This document shows, one piece after another, positions 13,047 through 64,000 of a stretch of 64,000 bases of DNA. The notes under the pieces were generated by a model. It searched no databases and was not told where the DNA came from. It saw only the letters and a list, made by a program, of their open reading frames with translations. Numbering within the stretch: the stretch's first letter is position 1; each line of letters opens with the position of its first letter. The stretch comes from Octopus bimaculoides (lineage: Eukaryota), in NCBI RefSeq assembly GCF_001194135.2, contig NC_068981.1, forward strand, positions 57,970,300-58,034,299. The letters are read 5' to 3'. The translations under genes were made by a program, and so were the position numbers.

Positions 13047-14260
13047 TAGGGCCTTCCAGAAGTTTTGAGGCTTTTTTTAGGAGAGACAGTTTAACTGTCC
13101 TAGATTATTATAGTTTTAACATATTACTACGCATCTATTAAGCCGACCTGCCAACTTTTTTTAAAATTCTAGTTTGAAGGAGACGGCTGTAACATCACTT
13201 TAAGCACACTCTGCTAAACACTGCTTGTCAGTTGACTAGTTTTCAGAATGCAGTTGGGATGTGAAGACAATTTAGAAGCTCGCTTTGCAATAAGATTTTG
13301 TGATAAACTGAGCAAAATCGCTACAGAAACTTTTGAAATGTACTAGATTGCTTATAGATTAACCTCTATGAGCCGAGCATCTGTTTTTTCGCCGGCACAA
13401 GAGGTTCAAGGACAGTAGAGATGAGGAGAGAGGTGTGGGAGGGAGAGGGATGTCAGACCATTGTAGCTGATTGAAAAAATTCGCATATTTCTAGATAAAG
13501 CCCTTCGTGTGTGTATAAAGACTATAAGCGTACAGTTTGGAGTTGGTATGCAACTGTACATAGAATTATTCATGAAGATCTGGACATGCGCAAAATTTAT
13601 GCTAAATTTATTCCCAGGGTGCTCAGTGATGAACAGAAGACACGTTGGTGACAGTAGGGTGATGGTTGAACTCATTACCAGTAATCCAAGAGTATTTGAG
13701 TCTCTATGACCTGTGACGAAAGTGGAATCTTCTGTTATGATCCAGAGACCAAGGGACAGTGTAATGGAAGCATCCCAGATCAAAGAAAGCCATGAAAAAC
13801 AAGTTCACCGGGAAGTTGATCATGACCTTCGCTCTTTTTTTGACAGTAAAGGCATCACCTACATCCACAGATGGCCAACAAAATTTCTGGAGGATTTAAA
13901 CGATTTCAGGAAGAGATTTCGTCGCAAACAGCCAGAGCTCTTCCACTCGGGTCTGTGACACCTGCATTAGGACAATGCACCAGTCTTGATAACAAAATAC
14001 TTAACAGAGATGGGTATTAAAACTGTCCCTCCCCCTCCCCACAATTTAGACCATTGCTCCCTGTGACCTTTGGTTATTCCCCAAATTCAAAGGCAGTCCT
14101 TTTGAAAATATTGAGAAGAAGGACACCTTCGGGCTTCCTTGGGGGCTTTCATGAAGTGGCTGGAGCGCTACAAGTACAAAGAAGTCAGAGGATCCTACTT
14201 GAAGTTAAGAGTTTTGTATTTCTTTAAAAAAGTTTCAAACCTTCTGGAATGCATCTTGTA
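13047..14260 (+). mobile_element. Degraded mariner transposon with TIRs
   Basis: TIR-like ends gccttccagaagttttgaggcttttt and aaaaaagtttcaaaccttctggaatgc. Frameshifted transposase pieces (ARFAIRFCDKL, TCDES.IFCYDPETK, HLH*DNAP). Confidence 0.85.
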
Positions 14261-14799
14261 CATACATAAACATACCTCTGGTATTTAGCATTACACCTTT
14301 TGGCAAGAAATCTTTGTAAAAAGTGATTCAACAGAAACTAAATATTGTGACTTGGTTTTATATGGGTGAAACAACACAGCCTGAACAAATATCCAGCACC
14401 CACCTAATCAAGCTGCGAAATCATTATCATCATAATCCTCCTCGTTGTTATCAAATCTGAGAAATGTTTGTCAAGATGTAATTTGAAAATATTTTGAGAT
14501 TGCTTGAATTTGTTTTGTAACTGATTGCTTTTCAACATCGTTATTGTTTTTTTTTAAAGGCAAAGAGAACAAATCTTGAGATAACAAGTAACTTCGTGGG
14601 GGAAAAAACCACTACAAAAATCTCAGATACTCGCTGTCTACTCATGTTTATCTCAACGGTATTTGTATATGGTGTCAATGATTTCATATGGTGCACCTTT
14701 CAGAGTACCATAACGAGAAAATTTTGTTTTTTTTAAAATGTTCTGAGTTCTGATCCCCCAAGATTAACATTTACTTTTCACCTTTTCAGCCATTAGTAT

Positions 14800-15020
14800 A
14801 CTGGATCAATTTCATTAATTATCTATGCTACTAAAGATACAGGCAGTGAAATTTTGGTGGAGGGGTTAGTCGATTACATTGATTCCAGTGCTGAACTGGT
14901 CACTTATTTCATAGATCCCGAAAGGATAAAAGGCAAAATTCAACCGCGGTGAAATTTGAACTCCGAACGTAAAGACGAACGAAATGCGGCTAAGCATTTT
15001 GTTTGACGTGCTAGCTAGCG
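14800..15020 (-). mobile_element. SINE copy, minus strand
   Basis: Reverse complement of the SINE core (gaaaggataaaaggcaaa...ggtgaaatttgaactc). Confidence 0.75.
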
Positions 15021-15334
15021 GTTCTGCTCGTTACATATCAATTGCATTAATTAATCTCCTATTCGCAACGTAGTTTGTCTTCTGTGACATTAATACGAGG
15101 CTATTTTCATTTCGAAGAAACTTTTTCATCGATATTCTGATCAAAAGTATTTTAAAAGTTTCTTTTTTATTTAAAAAATAAATGTATTCACTTTTAGCAC
15201 TTGTGAAGAAATATTTTTAAAACAGTGATTTTAGAAGCATCTCTATTTAATCAGAGACAGCCGAAAAATAGCGATGTTTCATGTACAAAGACAGTTAAAA
15301 TTCTTAGACAATTTTTTCAGAAAGTGAAAATGAT

Positions 15335-16955
15335 ATTGCTGAAATACAGGATGGAATTTGAACTTTTAAAAAATTACCTTAAAACTAGGGGTTGTCTTAT
15401 ATACCCCTTATAAAATCTGAACATTCTAAAACAATCGCATAGATCCTATGGTTCCACAGCGCAGTATTTTCAACTAATACTTGCAGATATCGGTGGAGAA
15501 CATCGTAAAACACTCACATAGATCCTGTGGTATTTTCTACTGATACTTACACATGTTTGGAAAGCTGGATTAATAGTAAAATTATATTAAAATAATAGCA
15601 CTACAAATTTAGCGGACAGACACCAGTTGCCATTTGCAACAGCTGACGGACAAAAAATGTAAACAATCAGCCTGTAAATATTTGATATAGTTGTAATAGA
15701 GACTTTAGTCTCTCTCTATCACCTTTCAACAGCATTATATATGAAGAGACATTAGAACAATTCAACAACATAATAAAAATAAGTTTTATTTTTTGATGAT
15801 GCTTGGTTATACAAATCCTGTGTCACTCAGCTTAAAAGCCGCTGATTAAGTTGTAGTTGGTATTGGAAAGTTAAGAGCTTCCTTGACGCCTGCCAGAGAA
15901 GCAAGTAGCTATCACCATCGAAGGCATCGTGGTGAAGAGTGCTTCTTGGAGGAGCAAGGTGTTGTCACGTCGAAGGTCTCAGGCTCAACTTGCTGAGAAA
16001 GTGAAACTCACTGTTTAAGTACGAGTTTTTTTACTACGCATGCGCAACTCGAGGGGCTTCCGGTGGTGAAGTCCCCTGCGCATGCGCAGAATAGTACTTC
16101 CTCAATGGTGGCTATAATTTCGCACCACTACACTGGTTTTAACCTGAAAGTGGTAGCATACGCCAAGTCCCACAGCAACCGAGCTGCTGCAAGAGAATAC
16201 GGTGTAACCGGGAAGATGGTAAGAATTTGGAGATTAAATGAAGACTTATGAAATAGTATACCCAGGACTAAATGTGCAGTGAGAGGAGGCACTGCACACT
16301 GGCCGATTCCAGAGAAGCATGTAACAGACCAGGTCCGTGAGCAGCGTCAAAATGGATACGTTGCTTCAAGACCAATAGTCTCGTGAGACAAAACAAAATT
16401 TACAAATAAAGAAAATACTAGCAGTGTACTTTACAACAATATTTCTAATATATTACAATATAATGTTTTACATACCGTAAGTAAATCCATTTCAAGTGAA
16501 TGGTGTTACGGTATACTTGACACTGTTCGTTCCTGTAAAATAACCGACGTCTAAGTGACGTCACTACGTTAATGCTTACACCAGCCAGGTACGTTCGATG
16601 TGTATTATAGTAGGTAATTTATAATATTTGGCCACTTTTTGAAGAGAACTGGACAAATTTTAAACAACCAAGACTGCAGAATTGTTGCATACAAAGTTTA
16701 CTGATTGAAACATAGTTAAAATGTTATTGAAACACAAGAAAAGCAGAGGCTGCAATTGTAACACAAGAAAAGCAGGGGCCGCTGGGGAAACTATAGCTCA
16801 CCTAACCCCTTTAGCTATGAACATCACGCCTTCGGCACCCGAGCTATTTTCCACGATAACTTGGGTAAGTTTTATATAGCAGGTATAGCTCAAAACCCAC
16901 TTTTTAAATTGAAATCCTGGCAGTCGTCTTGCACACCCAGTCATTATATACGGTA
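15335..16955 (+). mobile_element. pogo/Tigger-like non-autonomous DNA transposon, copy 1 (Brinker-type HTH remnant)
   Basis: 3' end TATATACGG-TA. ORF 16063-16251 contains FNLKVVAYAKSHSNRAAAREYGV. Homologous to the reverse complement of 27991-29535. Confidence 0.8.
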
Positions 16956-17803
16956 ATGAGTTCAATGGAAAACATTTGCAGATCTAAAATCGAAGGAAAA
17001 ATGTTGGTTTGGATAATGTATATTTTGCAACATCTGCTTCTTCTTTCTTTTTTGTCATGTTTCTTTCCTTTATAAGAAGAAAACTTAACACAATTTCCTA
17101 CACATATGGAAGATACTGTCAATGTCAGTTCCAGGAAACATTAGATTTGTTTTCTCCAACAAAAAGTCAGCATGCGAACTTATCCAAATTATAAATTAAT
17201 AGAAATAGTAATTGTTAGCGTTAACAAAAATTAATTCAGCGCTAACAATAAGAATGTGAACTTAATTAATTCTGTCTCCTTGATGAGACTGTACCTCACT
17301 TTTTGTTTGGCGGTTTATCTCCAGGTCACCATTGCTCAAACAAACCTAGGTGCTAGTGCGAACTAGACTTGCGCCCATACCTATTATCAAAAAGCATTCC
17401 AACTTTGGAAAAGTATATTCGTTTAGACTACATTTTCTAATTTTTCTAAGACAATAAGGCGCGAATAGAGGAAGGTTTGATCGTTATTCCCAGCAGTCAA
17501 GCGCGTGCAAGGAATCCCTAGTTTGCTTTTCATTTCATTGGGATGATAAATAAATATTGTCGATGTTTCACTATCTGGTCATTTTCTGATTAACAATTTT
17601 ATTTTTACTTTTTAACGATGGTTTTTTTTTTCTTTGATGCTTGTTAAATTTAGACTACCTTCAAAGTTAGTGAGGGATATATGCCTGTTCAACTGTATAT
17701 CATAAATATAATTATCTCCACAGACGCAATTTAACGTACAGTTAAATAAAGAAGTATTTCGACACAAACTAACTTTTTGTCACTTTTCTGTAACACTTTC
17801 TAG

Positions 17804-63156
<45,353 letters not shown>

Positions 63157-64000
63157 GTAAGTGGATATAGTTCTATTTTGGGTCACCAACCCTAATTTTA
63201 TGTTTTCTCAAATATAAAAAATTATCAGACTAAAAGGTGAACAAGACAGTAAAAATTCTTGAGGTGGTTGCTTGACAACTGAGAAATAACATTCAGATTA
63301 TACTCAAATCCCATCCTACCATCTTAAAAAGAAAGGACACATTAGATAATGTAGTCCAAAGTACACTATGCTTGGAAAAAAAAAAAAAGATGGAATGGTC
63401 ATAAGCAAAGCACCTTTGATCAATGTTTATCTAAGTCTAACATTGCTAGGATTTTCAATGATTTTTCAGTCATAGCTGTGCTTCAATTACTGACATTGAG
63501 AATTTCAGTAACAGCAATATATGCTTAAAGCAAAATGCTGTGCTTTAGCAGTAGTGTTTACAAACGGTGCAGTGAAAATTTGGATGAAGTTATATCAGAC
63601 ATGAGAAAGTCAAACGTATGAAAACACAATCAAGCTAGTTGGAAGGCTGCTGCTATTGGGCAACCCATTCTGGAATATAAAAATGATGTTGACAGTACTC
63701 AATGTTGATGATGATAAGAATTGAATTAACTATGTTTATATGGCTTATCTAGTGGAGTCAGTTATTTTTCAATCCACTATTCAGTCTTTTCATATATGGT
63801 ATAGAAGTAGGTGGTTTAAAGTTGTCTGCTCCTTCTATTAAGAAATGATACTGATATGAATTTTTGAGTAATATAGGCTAAGGCAAGTAACATGTTTTAT
63901 CTAAAAGTAACAAGCTTATGGATGCCTACTGAAGGATTTGATCATCCTATTGATGATGAGACCAGAAATATATTTTTTCAGCCTTTGTATATTTCTTTTA

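Noticed and set aside
16063-16251. Brinker-type HTH ORF as a host gene
   Set aside because: It lies inside a TIR-bounded pogo-like element that has a second copy in the window, and it is truncated.
17563-17577. Candidate first coding exon ATG TTT CAC TAT CTG|GTCATT (MFHYL, phase 0)
   Set aside because: The frame fits but the donor is weak and there is no independent support. The start codon is left unresolved.
63982-64000. ttttttcAG as the next KEN exon acceptor
   Set aside because: The 19 visible bases give HLCIFLL, with no KEN resemblance; too short to support.

Overview
AT-rich, repeat-dense animal genomic DNA with four N gaps. It is most likely from an octopod cephalopod; this is inferred from recognising the SINE, RTE and mariner repeat families, not verified. 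One large plus-strand spliced gene dominates the window. I could reconstruct 16 coding exons from 17804 to 63156 whose intron phases all fit (4850 nt, about 1616 codons). The start codon was not found, and the 3' end runs out of the window. Domain order: 5-6 ankyrin repeats, a predicted helical region with a basic coiled coil, about 900 aa of low-complexity sequence with internal tandem repeats, an IRE1/RNase L-family pseudokinase (HRD replaced by HGR, DFG by NYG), and the start of a KEN ribonuclease domain (HPYFWS...TVGSD). This is the RNase L architecture, normally described from jawed vertebrates, with a very large insert. The rest is transposon debris: several mariners (one near-complete), an inverted pair of pogo-like elements, Chapaev3-like, CRE-like, R4/Dong-like, RTE, Penelope-like and Helitron/Helentron-like pieces, and tRNA-derived SINEs. 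There is also a candidate bidirectional promoter at about 10.7 kb and a 31-bp hairpin at about 1.25 kb.
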